Below are positions 39,581-57,880 of a DNA stretch of 64,000 nt, one piece after another (position 1 is the first letter of the stretch; each line of letters starts with the position of its first letter). The notes under the pieces were generated by a model, which did not search any database, was not told where the DNA came from, and worked only from the letters and a program-made list of their open reading frames with translations. The translations under genes and the position numbers were made by a program. Source of the DNA: Blastocystis sp. Blastoise (Eukaryota > Protista > Bigyra: Opalinata); contig JBBPEB010000015.1 in the NCBI GenBank assembly GCA_039096225.1, positions 2,446,787 through 2,510,786 of the forward strand. The letters run 5' to 3'.

Positions 39581-40556
39581 TTTTCTATAATGCTATTCAT
39601 ATACATATATCATAAATATCTTAGTTGCTACATATTTTTATGATATAGTATTATTTTCTTCATTTTGTCTTTTTTTTTCTCCTTTTCATATCAATATAAT
39701 ATATATTATATTTAGTTTTATATAACTATTTATGGCTTTTAAAAAAAATTAACATTATTATTCTCTAGTCTTTATATATATATTTCTTTGAAGAATCTAA
39801 TTATTTCTCTTCTATTTAGAAATATATATATACTATTATTATTCAATATATATATATATATATATATATAGTATTATTATTATTATATTCTTATTATAAT
39901 ATAATAGGAATTGTCATTCTATTTTTAGTTTCATTTATATATATTACTTTTAATATATATATTTAAAAAGAAAATCTTTATATGGTTTACAATATTTTTT
40001 TTTAATATAATTAAAGAACATATCCCTAATTTAATTTATAATTCTTTTCAATATTCTAATATATACATTTTATATGATATATATATATAACTCTTTATTA
40101 ATTGATATTCATCTTTTATATAATTTTATTTTTCTAATATCATTTTTTTATTACATGAATTCTTTCATATATTATATCATTTTAATTTTATTTACTCTCG
40201 TTCAACGAATTGTTTGTTTACTGATTAAAGAGTTAGTTTAACAAATTACACCTAATTACTTGTCTATAAAAAAAGTTATTTCATTATGTTATCTGTCTTA
40301 TTATATATTTATAAATTTTTTTTTTTTTTACTTTTTTAAAAATTGACAGTTTTTTTTTTATTAATGATGGAATCTATAGAATAGTGTATGGTTTAAATAA
40401 TGTTTTTAAAAATAATGATAACAAAACTCTTGAAAGAAAAAATATAAAATTGAAAAAGAAGAAAAAAGAAAGAAATCAAAGGATAAACAATACATATATA
40501 TATATATGTATAGAAAAAAATAAGAAGAAAAAACTATACAACTATATATATATAGA

Positions 40557-41816
40557 CTATTTAATAAAACGTTTAAGTTGTTGTCTATAGAATTCAAAAG
40601 CAGCAAAGAAAATAGCACCATTAACTCCAACTTGAACCACACGTGCTATAGCACCTGACCATAATGCTTTTAATCCTTCTTCTTTAAAGATTAATTCCAT
40701 TGTTCCAGGAACAGAAGTATAAACACTATATTTTTTACCAGCAGATAACATCATTCTTGTTTTAACAACATCAAAAGGTGTTGTTAACCAAGCAGTTACT
40801 GATGAAGAACAAAAAGCTAAACTTAATATCTCTGTCGTTTTTAATTGACTTAAATCTGTATATCCCTATAATATATAGTATTATGTATATTTATGATTAT
40901 GATTATGATTATGATCATTATTATATATATATCCATGTTTTTGCATATATTTACTTCGAATAACTTCATATAATGTCATTTCACAAACATCATAAGGTAT
41001 ATTTTTACATAATAATGACGCATAACCATTATAAAACGCCTTTATTCCTCCTTGCTATATGTATATAATTATTAATAAATTATTATTTAATTTTAATTAA
41101 ATATATATGATAATAATCTATTCTTATAAATTCTTATAATAATTATATATATATATATTATATAGAATGACTAAAATATTACTAAATTTGAACAAAAATA
41201 AATTAAAATAATATATATATACTTTAGATAGACTTTTAATACAATCAATTGTACGGTCATATAAACCTGCTTGCATTTGTTGTTTTACTGTTTCTACAGG
41301 TGCACGAATACAAGAAGCTATCATTTGAGCTATATATTTATATATAATTAATAGAATCTTTATTATATTTGAATTTAGATTCTAAAAAAAAATTAAAATA
41401 TGAATAATAAATTCAAAATTTCAAAAAATAAAATTTATTTACCATTAACAACTGAACAAGCATATACAAATGGCATCCAAATATGATATTTATTTGCAAT
41501 AGGAGTTAAAGTCCTTTTTGATGCTTCATAAATAGTCCAATGTGTAGAAAAAGTGAATGCTGAACCTAACATTGCTAGAGGAAAACCTCGAAACAAGTGA
41601 GATGTGAGAGATATTGATGCAGTCCCTGCTCTTGCTTGTAAACGACTATAAGAAAATAGATAATAAGAATTTAAAAAATAGATATTGACTACAATCACAG
41701 TAATTAAATAATGTATACGTTTTAATTGTATCTACTGGGAAAACAGGAGCATCAGATGTAGGCCCTGATCCAAACCCAGCAATAAAATTGATGACATCAT
41801 CTTTATCAATAGGCAT
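40557..41816 (-). CDS. Mitochondrial carrier, S-adenosylmethionine carrier (SLC25A26/Pet8)-like
   Basis: Three carrier signatures: FPVDTIKTRLQ, RAPVETVKQQMQ and TPFDVVKTRMM. Also EEGLKALWSGAIARV and GAIFFAAFE. Confidence 0.88.
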
Positions 41817-42324
41817 TTTGAAACTCTATATTTTTTGTATCAATTCAAAAAAATGATACTAATCAATGTAGTTAAAGCAGTATTCAAGAAAAGAATTATA
41901 AAGAAATAAATTATTCGATTATGGATTCTTTTTGCTGGAAACATAGAGAAATTCAACGTAATTCAGATATTTCATGACGCTATATTATGGGTTTTTAATT
42001 GTTTTTAAGAACCAGAAATGAATAATGAGAATGCATAATTATTTGTGTTTCAAGTTTTAGAAACATCGAATTCTCTTAATTCTATAGAAGAAAAATAATT
42101 ATTTCTGTTTTATAAAAATCGATGTTCTAAAAGATTATTTTTAAAAGAATGTTTTATTCTTTTGTATAAATTGTTAATGATTAAAACTATTCCTTGATGA
42201 ACATGTTGCATATGAGTTAAAGATGAATATGTTTAAGTTTGTTAAAAAAATAATAATACAATGACACAAAATAAAACGTCCAAGTCAAAGGATGACTAAG
42301 AATATTGAATCAACATTGATGAAA

Positions 42325-42440
42325 TTTATAATTCTTTAATTAATAAATTTATAATTATCAGTTAATTATAATTCTTCAATTAATTAATTATAATTCTTCA
42401 ATTAATTAATTATAATTCTTCAATTTATAATTCTTTAATT
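42325..42440. repeat. AT-rich ~22-bp tandem repeat overlapping the metallophosphoesterase stop codon
   Basis: Unit aattataattcttcaattaatt repeated about three times, plus degenerate copies. Confidence 0.75.
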
Positions 42441-44280
42441 CATTACGAGGAACATTAGCACCAACACAGACATCTTGCATTTCAGTAATACCAGTCATTG
42501 TAGTTAAATACTCACGTTCACCTAATTCGTTAGTAATCCAACTGTCGATCTTAATATCGTTGCTATCAGTAGGTTTAATAACAATAGTTCTACCTCCTCT
42601 TTTATCTCTAGAAAAGAAATAATAATATATAAAATTTAAAAAAATGTTAATATTAGAGTGTTATATATATTATAATGATTTAAAATAGAATATTCTTAAA
42701 AAAAAATAAAAATCATATAATAATTTAGAATAGAGTATTAACAAACAAGTGATAGAATACTAAATAATATACTTTGGATCAGGACCATAACAGCCAACAC
42801 CAGTTTTTCGACCATAAGCTAATGTTATTCCTATATATAGATCATATAGATATTTAATGATTTATAAATATTAGATATAATTATTATTATACCATTAAAA
42901 TCCATTTGGAAAAAATTATTATGATCATGACCAACATATGTAGCTCTAATATCTCCACTATATATTTATATATTAATAGCATTTTTAGTACATGTAATAG
43001 TATATGTAATCGTATAGGATATCTTAGGATAATCTATGATGATTATATTATATGATATAAGATAGAATATGATAGAATAAGAATATATATAATAATAATA
43101 AAAAAAGATATTATAGATATTACAATATATAAAGAATAGGTAAATAAATACCGTTTGATCATATTAACAATTAAACCAGTGTTTAATGAAGAACAAGAAG
43201 TAGGTTCTCTCTTACAACCTAAGCCATTATAATGCTATAGATATTAATAAGAAGAAGAACTATTTATACAGAGATAAAACGATGAATATATATATACATT
43301 CCATGCTACCATATATTCTTGAGTAGGAATATGGAAAAAAGCTACTCCTATAGTTGTATAATGATAATAATAATTATATAATAGTTATAATAATTATATA
43401 ATAATTATAATAATTATATAATAGTTATATAATATAATAATAGTTATATAATAAATAAAATATAATAAATAAAAAAAAATAAATAAAATATAATAAATAA
43501 AATATAATAAATAAAATATAATAAATAAAATATAATAAATAAAATATAATAAATAAAATATAATAAATAAAAAATAATAAATAAAATATAAAATACATAC
43601 CAGGAATCTTATATCCTAGTTGTTTTTCCATATCTTCACTCTTCTTTACATACCAATTAACTAAAATAATATTAATATATAGATACTGATTAAAATAATA
43701 AATAAATAAATAAATATATACTGGTTTCGGGTTCAACGCATCCATAACCACTAAATCCATGACATACGTAATCCATAGAATCAAAAAACCACATATTAAA
43801 AGCTATATGGGTTGTATTCACAGAACTATACACAGGAACTACAAAATTGGATGCACCAACAGCCTCAGGTGGACTAAGTTGACTCATACTCCATGGATTT
43901 GTTTGATCTAACTCAATAATCTGTTTCTTCTTATAATCAGCTTCACTATCATGATTTCCAAGAGCATATCCATAATATGTCTTAGTTTCATTACAAATAG
44001 CAGTGAAAGCATTCCATTTCTTCTCATACCAACCAGGTTGTTTATCCCAACCATATCCAGCAACCATATCACCTGTAAAAGCTATGAAATCAGGCTTTTC
44101 AACACCAATAATTGTTCTCATAATTTGAGTTGTCTCATCATCATGATCTCCATCTCCGTAATGAAGATCCGTAAATTGCTCAATTGTAAACGTTCCATCT
44201 TCTCTCAAATAAAGCTTAGGCTTAACTGCAGCTGCAAACACTATGCAGATACATAATATACATAAAACAATCTGTTTCAT
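42406..44280 (-). CDS. Secreted calcineurin-like metallophosphoesterase (DCR2 / plant PAP14-16-28-29 type)
   Basis: Signal peptide; FTDLHYGD; AFTGDMV; LGNHDSE; FFHIP; VGHDHNN; LAYGRKTG; RGGR. All introns are GT-AG. Confidence 0.92.
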
Positions 44281-46297
44281 TATTTAACGAACAAGTTTTT
44301 TATAACATAGAAATGACACATACAACAAAGTTGAGATTATTTGTGATTTATGATTCGAGATACACGAGATTCTGTAGGGAAACTTTTGAATAATGCGTTT
44401 TTCTTTAATTTTTGAGCAGAATAATATATTAAGTAAATTAATCGGTATATTGATAATAAAATCAACATTAAAATAATATAGAAATTTCAATTAAAAGGTC
44501 GATAAGAAAGAAATCAAACTCAATTGAAGTCAGTCATATTTTTATTTTTGACTCAATTCATTCTAATCATCTTAACTTTTTTATAATATAGATTTATATT
44601 GATTTATAGAATAATGTCTTAATTATTCTACGTTGTTTCTTTGAATTATAAATAAATGATGATTAAAATGCTTTGAAAAGATAGGTTTATACTCTGAATA
44701 TGCTTGAAAATTATTGTTCGAATTTAATATATTTAAATTCTTATTATAGAAACTGTTATTTCAATGGAATTTTTTTTGAATTGGCATTTTACACACTACT
44801 TTGGTGTTTTAGACATTTTATTTATGAATAATATGAATGGGAAAAATATAAATTAAGAGTAAATTGAATGTGAATATTTAAAAGTAAAATAATCAGTCTG
44901 TGATAATTCCATTTACAGTTCACTAGCAATGTATATCTCTTGATAAATAGACTTTTAATAATCGTATTGATTTAGTACAGATTTTGTATGAGCAAGATAA
45001 TCGATAAATCTATATTGTCACTATAAAAAATGAACAATAAGAAAATATATATAGAAACTTTTTCAGAGTTATTACTTTATATGGAAAGATCTTTCAAGTC
45101 AATATTTATATAGCAATTTCGGATACAATTAGAGAACTATTGTTGATATTTAGAAAGCCAATAAAGTCTATTTTTAGCTATAAAATTTTATTTGTGTAAT
45201 GAAACTCTTTTTTTAATAATCTTTATCTTTTTCATATTCTTTTTAATTATTTTATCCTTTATACACCATTTGGAATAGGTTTGAGAATAAGAGACTTTAT
45301 AGCATAATGCTTTCACATTTTTATAACTAAATTGGAATTTTTATGAATTGAAATGAATGAAATATCATTTTAATATTATTCTTCATATATTGAATCAATG
45401 AATGAATGAAGAAAGAAAAGAATATTCTTTGGAAATCCATGAATTCCAAAAGAATATAGCTGTATTTAACGATTTATGCAATCAAGATTGGCTTGAAAAT
45501 ATTTGAATTGCATTATTAACGTATTTATATAAGAATAATCTAATCAAATATCTAATGAAGAAATCAATTATATGTAAAAGAAACAATATTATACATTACA
45601 CTATTTCCACAATATTTCATTCATTTACATACCCTATATTAATGTCCAACTATAAATATAAAAATGTCTCTATATAAAACAGTCGTTAATATACCATAAT
45701 AGCATATAAATCATGTTTAACGGACCTTACTTATTATGTTTTCATACCTTATAAATCGAAACATGAGTATTCAAGTTGATTGATCTTACTTAAAAGTCCA
45801 ATTAAAAGCTAAGAACGCCAATTCAACTAGATCTAATGTATTTAATGACAGATAGGGATACTAAATATTATTTTAAAAACAATTGATGATAATGATTTGG
45901 AGTAATGGATGAAGAATAGAATTTATATAGAAAATTTATAAAAAAGTTTGGATTCTTTGATAAAAATGGTCATATTCATATTTTTTATTTTCTCAACGTT
46001 GTTCATGTAGAGAAACCTTTGATCTAGTCACTGTAGTATTTTTATGAAAAACTAAAGTGTTTTACAATTTGAAAATGAATTATTTTTATCTTGTTTTTCA
46101 GAGAATTGAGTACTATTCAAAGAATTCATTTTCTAAGTATTTTACACTATATTCACTGTTTAATATATCCTAATTCATGAAGATATTCTTCTTTAAATGC
46201 TACTCCTGGGAAAAAGAATAAAATCACTATAAAAACAAGATTTCTTCTTGGAAAACTCTAGTGACTTTACTATTTTTTTCTATATTCACTGTTTGTC

Positions 46298-50153
<3,856 letters not shown>

Positions 50154-50588
50154 TTCTCTATATTTATTGATTCATCATATGATGATTATTATTTTATATT
50201 ATTTTTATTGATTGTCTAAGTTGATATAAATATATTATTATTGATATACACTAATTTGTAGATACTTAATCCTTAAGTTGTTCTATTCAAGTTATTTATA
50301 GATAAACCACTAATGATAAAAATAATATATTTAATAACAAAACAATCAACATTTAAAAACAAGTATACAAAAAAATTAATGACAAAAAACGATCTCTCAA
50401 TGATATAAAATGTAATTAAAGAATATAAATACATAATATAGAATTAAAAGACGAAATTTGATTAAAAAACATAGAAGAATAGTAGATAGTAAGGTTTGAA
50501 TAAAATATATATATAATAAATAGAAACAAATAATGTTTAAATATAAGAATAGACAGTTCATAAATAGTCATAAATAGTATTATAACCT

Positions 50589-53357
50589 TTATTCAAATTT
50601 AACGGACTTGGTTTCAAAAGTAATTCTACCTCCAGAATAGTTCCCTCGCTTCTTCTTTGTTTTCTCATGACGGAAATCTCTTCCACGTACTTGTTTCAGG
50701 ATTTGTTGAGCTTTACTACCATAACCATCATTACCAAAAGTAGCTTCATAAATCTATATATATATATATATAATTATTATTATATCATTTTAGAGAACAT
50801 AAATGATATATATAGATCTATATATATATATATATATATCTATATACAAGAATTATCAGCAAGTTCTTTATGTTTAGCAGTATATTCTAAGAGTGCGTCA
50901 TCCGTAATACGACTGAAGGGAATCTTCTCTTTAGGATTCTATTAATATATATATATATATACAAATATATATATATATACAGAGGGTCTAAAAGGAAGTG
51001 AAGGTGTATTCATAGTAGGATTAGGCTATAAAGAATATATATATAGATATAATATATATATATATATATATATATACATCTAAGAAGACTTGTTCCTTCT
51101 TATTATTATTATCTTGTTTTTCTTCTAAATGATCTTCTTTATCATCTTTTTCATCATCACTTTCAACTTCTGATTCACTCTCAGAGGAAGAGGATGAGGA
51201 AGAGGAAGAGGATGAGGAAGAGGAAGAAGATGAAGAGGAAGAAGAAGAGGAAGAGGAAGAAGAGGATGATTCACTATCACTATCAGAAGAGGAAGAAGAG
51301 GAAGAAGATGAAGATGATTCACTTTCACTATCAGATGATGAAGAACTAGATGAAGTAGAAGTAGAAGATGAAGTAGAACTAGATTCGCTTTCACTCTCAC
51401 TTTCAGAAGATGAAGTAGAAGATGAAGATGAGCTAGAGGATGAAGTAGAAGATGAAGTAGAAGATGAAGTAGATTCACTTTCACTACTAGAAGTAGAAGT
51501 AGAAGTAGAAGTAGAAGTAGAAGTAGAACTAGATTCACTTTCAGAACTTTCAGAAGAAGATGAAGATGAAGATGAAGTAGTCTTATTATTTGATTCTTCT
51601 TCTATTTCCATTTTTTCTTCAGAAGATTCTATTTTATTCTTATCATCATTATTATCATTATCACTATCACTTTCAGAAGATGAAGAAGATGATGAAGATG
51701 AAGAGGATGATGAAGATGACGAAGATGAAGTAGATTCACTTTCAGAACTTTCAGATGCTTCTTTTTTGTCTTCTTCTATTTCCATTTTAGTTTCTTCTTT
51801 ATCATTATCACTTTGAGATTCACTTTCAGAACTAGAAGAGGATGATGAAGATGAAGAAGATTCTTCTTTCTTTTCCTCTTTCTCCTTTTCACTTTCTTCT
51901 TCACTTTCAGAAGTAGAAGAAGAAGTAGATTCTGAATCAGAACTAGTATTCTCTGAAGATGAAGATGATTCAGAAGATGAGGATGATTCTTTTTCAATTT
52001 CCATAGTAGTTTCTTTCTTTTCTTCTTCATTATCATCACTATCACTTGATGAATCACTTGATGAATCACTTGATGATTCAGAAGAAGAAGATGATGAGGA
52101 TGATTCAGAAGAGGATGAGGATGAGGATGATTCAGAAGATGATGAGGATGAGGATGATTCACTTTCAGATTCACTGCTAGAACTATTAGAACTATCGGAG
52201 GAAGTTTCAGAAGATGATTTTGTTTCTTTTTCAATTTCCATAGTAGCTTCTTTCTTTTCTTCTTCTTCTTGTTTTTCATTATCTTCTTCACTCTCACTCT
52301 CACTTTCAGAGCTAGAACTAGAGCTAGAGCTTTCAGAGCTAGAAGTAGAACTTTCAGAACTAGAGTTTTCAGAAGAAGAAGATGAAGATGATTCAGAAGA
52401 TGATGAACTCTCTTTCTTTTCTTCTTCTTCTTTTTTACTTGACTCATTCTCACTTTCATTTTCAGAAGAAGAACTTTCAGAAGATGATGAACTTTCAGAA
52501 GACGATTTTGTTTCCTTTTCAATTTCCATTGTAGTTTCTTTATTATCTTCATCTTTTTCACTTTCAGATTCACTTTCAGAACTAGAACCAGAACTATCTG
52601 AAGATGAGCTATCAGAAGATGAAGACTTGGCTTCTTTTTCGACTAGTTTTGTATCCTCTTTCTTTTCTTCTTCTTCTTTATCAGATTCACTTTCAGATTC
52701 ACTTTCAGAAGATGAAGATGAAGATGATGAAGATGAAGATATCTCTTTCTTTTCTTCTTCTTCTTTATCAGATTCACTTTCGGAACTTGAAGAATCAGAG
52801 CTAGAACTTGAAGAATCAGAACTAGATACAGTATCTTTCTTTTCTTCTTCTTTCTCAGATTCACTTTCAGAAGAACTACTCTCATCATCATTATTATCAT
52901 CATCATCATCATCAGAACTAGAACTAGAACTAGAACTAGACTCTGATTCAGATTTCTTTTCAGGTTCAATTTCCATTTTTGTCTTTTCTTCATTTTCAGA
53001 AGAATCACTTTCACTTTCAGAAGAATCAGAACTAGATTCTGATGAAGTTGATGAACTTTCAGAAGAACTAGATTCACTTTCAGAAGAATCACTTTCACTT
53101 TCAGAAGAATCAGAACTAGATTCTGATGAACTTGATGAACTTTCACTAGAACTATCAGATGAGCTACTTTCTGATTCGACCTTTTTCTTTTGAGCAACAT
53201 AATTCTTTTCACCATCAGAACTATCTTCATTATCAGAAGAATCTATCTTTCTTTTCTGAGATATGACTTTTGGTTGATCTTCATTTGGTACAGTAACTTG
53301 AGTAACTTCTTCACTATCAGATGAAGAAGATGAGCTATCGCTGCTTGTATCTGACAT
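50589..53357 (-). CDS. Srp40/Nopp140 (NOLC1)-like nucleolar phosphoprotein
   Basis: About 750 aa of S/E/D-rich repeats followed by the SRP40_C domain (PFSRI...LADNS...YEA...GYGSKAQQILKQVRGRDFRHEKTKKKRGNYSGGRI). The last junction is off by one base. Confidence 0.9.
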
Positions 53358-55988
53358 GTCTACCTAGAGATAATACGTTAAGATATTGTCTTTATAGATA
53401 GAATTAATATTTTAGAGGTTTTTCTTTGTTTCTTGTTTACCTTTATTCTGATTTCTGATTATTTAATAAAATCAGTAGATTATTTTTATAAAACCATGAA
53501 TATTTTTTGTTGTTTCTTGTTTTTCTTTTTTTTATTTTGGTTATCTAATTTATTGTTTATGAATGATAGTAGAAACCTTAATTTAATTAAGAAACTTATT
53601 CAGATGTTATGCGCTATTATTGACTCCGTCTCATTGATCAATCTCATTCAGTTGATTGCTACATTTATGTGTAATGCCAAACATTCTATCTTAAAATAGT
53701 CTTAAGATCCAAAATTTGTTGCACGAATGCATTTAACTGTATTTTGAATAACTTATGAAGTATTTAAATATAGATCTAGTTGACTACTATGGAATAAGGA
53801 TCATTGTAGGTGTACAGAAAAGTATTTTGAAGCATTGGTATATATTACAGTGGATAATAAGTTGACTATTCATATAGTGGATTTGTTTATTCATAAAAGA
53901 ATAAATATTGACTCAATAATGGAAAATATATACAATACAAAAAGCATACTGATAAATATTCTACTGTCAAATATCATTCAAAGAGTAAAAACACGATGGT
54001 TTCTTTGGTTTTATACGATTTCTCGTTTTTTTGGTTTTTAATTTGTATATATTAATAATAATCTTTATATGAATGTTATACATATATCTAGAGTTCACTA
54101 AAGAGACAATAATATATCTTGGAATCTTTTCAGTATGTATATTTTTTACAATTAAATTTTTATGGACGCTATTTGATGATACCAATATGAAATATAGTAA
54201 CACAACAAATAGGGAATGGATTCAAGAAAATAACTGATTCAAAATAACTTGATAAAGTAGTTTAGACGACTTCATTAATTAGCTATTTTGATTCAAGGAT
54301 TTTTTGGTTATTCTAATTATTATAATAATGCTAACAGTACCTTGAAGATATTTCATAATAAATAATTATGATTACAAATGGAATCTATTTTGCTAAAAAG
54401 ATATAAAAGAGACTTTTAAAAAAGGACTTTTTTTTCTGCTTTTAATGATTTAATGAAATGTTAATATTAAAAGAAAAATCATGTTCTTCTTGAAACGTTT
54501 AGAACTATCAGGACATATCTATGTCAATAAATAATAATATATCCTTGTAAAAAGTCTCACCTTTTCTTTGATCATAAGACTTTATTAGTATATTTGGTTA
54601 GAAATGTATTAATTATTGATTATATAAATGAAATATATGTGATCAAGGGTAGAACAGAATTTAAAACAATAGAAATAACATAAAAATGTTCGCAAAAAAA
54701 ATTTATTATTATTATATTTTTTGTTTTTTAAATGTAAAAAAATATTATTCTTTCCAAAGTATGTTAAATAAAAAAACCAATTAATAAAAAAATTAAGAAA
54801 ATAATGTGTAAAAATCCATTTAAAACAGCGTTAGTAATTTAAAGAAAGCTGATATTTAAATGTTTATTTTATAAATTTCTGTTTAAAAGATAAGGATCTG
54901 ATCTAAAATAGTCAGCCATTTATGAAACTATAAAATATGTATGACTTTAATAGTTACTAATAAGACTATTAATGAGTATTGAATAAAGTTTGTTTTTTAC
55001 ATATTATTTATAATAAAAAATTAATTCTTATTTAATATAAAAACAAAGTGATGATAATATGAAAATAATTTATTCAATTCTTTAAGAAAATATAGTATTG
55101 GCTTATATTAAATAACATTGTATTAACTTGTTTTTTTTTCGTACTTTAAAAAGTGTTGTAGTTTTTTATGTATTAGACAGTAAATATTTAATATAAAACG
55201 ATTTTAAAAGAATTACATTATTTATAAGATCTTCTTTAAAAGCCTACCAATTTATTTTCCATTGAAAGCTTTTATAATAATGATATTTAATAGAAGATAG
55301 AGAAAATAATATAATAAAAATCTCTTTATAATAAAAACGATAATAAAAATTGAAATACTTTTTTTTAATTAAAAGTTATGAATAAATTGAATGAGTTCCA
55401 CATTTATCTATTATTGAATTTGATCGATCTATATGATATTTAATAACTGTATACTGAGCGATTATGTTATGTGGGTTATTTGATTATAAGCCTTTTCAAG
55501 AAGTTTTTATTATTTTGTATATGATATGAAAAAATGTCTAATTAATATAAATAAATAGTTTTAAAATATTTACTAAAACAGAAAATTATAATTCAAAACA
55601 TTTATGTATTTTATATTCTTGAATTCATTAATATAATATTGAAAGATAAAAACTAGATAATAGATTTATGTAATGAATAATTTGAGTGTTTTAAATATCA
55701 AAAAGTTGTTCAAATAAATATTTATATATAAATGAAATATTCTAAAGAATAAATAAATTAAATTTGTTAACTGAGAAATTATATGAAGTAAGAAATACTA
55801 ATATGAAAAAATGTGTAAGCGCTAATTATAAATTAGTTTGAAATGTTCATTAAATACAAGAATTCTAAAATAAATATCACTCCTAATGATATAAAACTAA
55901 ATCAGTATTGATTAAATATTTCATAAGATGTCACTTATTTATGTAAAAAATACATAACATCAACAATTATTGTAAATATTTTTTCTAT

Positions 55989-56188
55989 GTCAGTATTAAA
56001 TTAGTCTATTTATTAGTGACGTCAGTATTAAATTAGTCTATTTATTAGTGACGTCAGTATTAAATTAGTCTAATTATTAGTGACGTCAGCATTAAATTAG
56101 TCTATTTATTAGTGACGTCAGCATTAAATTAGTCTATTTATTAGTGACGTCAGCATTAAATTAGTCTATTTATTAGTGACATCAGCAT
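55989..56188. repeat. 32-bp minisatellite, 6 full copies plus a partial
   Basis: Unit gtcagYattaaattagtctatttattagtgac at 55989, 56021, 56053, 56085, 56117 and 56149. Junctions form the palindrome TGACGTCA. Confidence 0.95.
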
Positions 56189-56197
56189 ATATTTTTG

Positions 56198-57388
56198 TTG
56201 ATATCTACAATTGACGCGCAGTTTTTTCTTTTTTTAAATTTTTATTCAATATATTTCTTTTAATAATTACATAAATTAATGTTAAAATATTTAAATATGG
56301 TTTGATTAACATTTGAGACATGTATATATATATTTTTTTCTTTCTTTAACACAGAAAGAATAATGGAATACAAATGAAAATGTTGATGTTTCATTGTCAT
56401 ATTTGAATATATTATAAAGAAATCGATACATAGTATTAAGGAGCATTTTAGAAATTATAAGGAATTTACATATAACAATTAACTCACTTTGATTAAAAGT
56501 TGTTCTTTTTATCAGTCAATTAAGTACCTCAAAGTCATTTCTATATATCTCGAATACAGAATATAAAGAGTAGTGTTTGATATTAAAATTTATTTTTTAT
56601 AATTGTTTGTAATTTTTGTTTTATCTATTCATTAATATTTATATTATGGTAATCGATCTTTGATAATATATACACTCTAAAGGAACGCCTAATATTATAT
56701 GGTACCAATTTTTCTGGAAACATGATAATTACACCCTATTTTTATCTTCCTAAATTGTTTTATTTTTCTTTTAAACTATCAATATAGCATATGTACGCTT
56801 TTAAATATCATATCATAGCATTTTCAATAAACTGAAATTATTTATTACCTTTAAAATATGAAAAAATATCATTTATTTGTAATAAATCCACAAAAGAAAC
56901 GTTGTCTTTTCTCTATATTATTCCTTTTATATCACACATTTTTGGCAATTCTCTTCTCTCTTCTAAATATTCAACAATGCTACAAGTTGCTATATTTACT
57001 TATATTATTTTTGTTTCATTTAAAACAGTAAAAACAGAAATGCAACGTAATTGATGACTTGAATCTGTGATCTAAAAAAAGAGGCGATATTTATTTATTC
57101 AATAAAGAATCATACTTAAAACATTTTGAATAAGTTTCATAAATTATGTCTTTTCAATTCATACCTAAAAATATGGGCATAAAGAAAAATATTTTTGTCT
57201 TTTTAAAGATGTGTAATGCGTTATGTACTAAAATAAATATATCATCAAATGTGACATAACTTTATGAATATAAATATATAATTAAATAATTAAAAAGTCT
57301 TTTTTACAAAGAAATAATATAAAAAATAGCAAAAAATAGAATTGCACGTCAATTATACCCAGAAATGCGCGTCTAATGTAGAAATCAG
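56198..57388. mobile_element. Degenerate ~1.2-kb inverted-repeat-bounded element, copy 1
   Basis: Left end ttgatatctacaattgacgcgca; right end (reverse complement) ctgatttctacattagacgcgcatttctgggtataattgacgtgca. Flanks tatttttg / tttttttg are a weak possible TSD. No ORF. Confidence 0.45.
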
Positions 57389-57760
57389 TTTTTTTGATCA
57401 CTCTATACAATATCGCTGAATCACACATAATTTTTTGTTAGAAATATTGTTCATTAGATATATCCTGTATTTCCTGTAACATCATAAAGCCTTTGTTTCT
57501 TTGCTAAATTATTTAAAAGAAAAGAAGATAAATAATTAAAATATAATTAAAACTAATGACATTAAATTGAACTAAGTAAAAGAATAAACAAAATATAATA
57601 TTATCTTATGACTCTAATACACTCGTGAATAAATTTTTGTTGCTTTACTTTTCTGTATTAGAAAAAAAATTTCATAAATATAAGTTAAAACTAATTTTTT
57701 AATAGTTTTTCGAGTGATAAAAAAAATAGAATTATTCTTAGAAATACGTTCTGAAGTTAA

Positions 57761-57880
57761 TTTTGTTCTTTTAGAAAAGTAGAATTTGTTAATTTTTTGT
57801 TGATGTCAGCATTAAATTCATTTTGTTCTTTTAGAAAAGTAGAATTTGCTAATTTTTTGTTGATGTCAGCATTAAATTCA
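57761..57880. repeat. 60-bp tandem duplication containing GATGTCAGCATTAAATT
   Basis: Two copies with one mismatch; shares GTCAGCATTAAATT with the 32-bp minisatellite. Confidence 0.92.

Noticed and set aside
40205-40225. TGTTTGTT motif associated with polyadenylation-created stop codons in Blastocystis
   Set aside because: Every reconstructed gene here has a genomic stop codon, and this copy is not adjacent to an open CDS end.
38300-40550. Hidden gene in the 2.2-kb gap between the HAD and carrier genes (also 44300-46290)
   Set aside because: Only low-complexity hydrophobic ORFs; no chain of in-phase exons or RNA motifs found.
51125-53230. Long alternative-frame and antisense ORFs over Srp40
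   Set aside because: By-products of low-complexity Ser/Glu codon repeats lacking stops.
53967-54300. Possible Merlin/IS1595-like transposase remnant (SVHKNLIVKNIHTEKI)
   Set aside because: Resemblance too weak and no catalytic motifs recoverable by eye; would need an HMM search.
55989-56188. CRISPR-like array
   Set aside because: Head-to-tail units without unique spacers; eukaryotic context; no cas genes.
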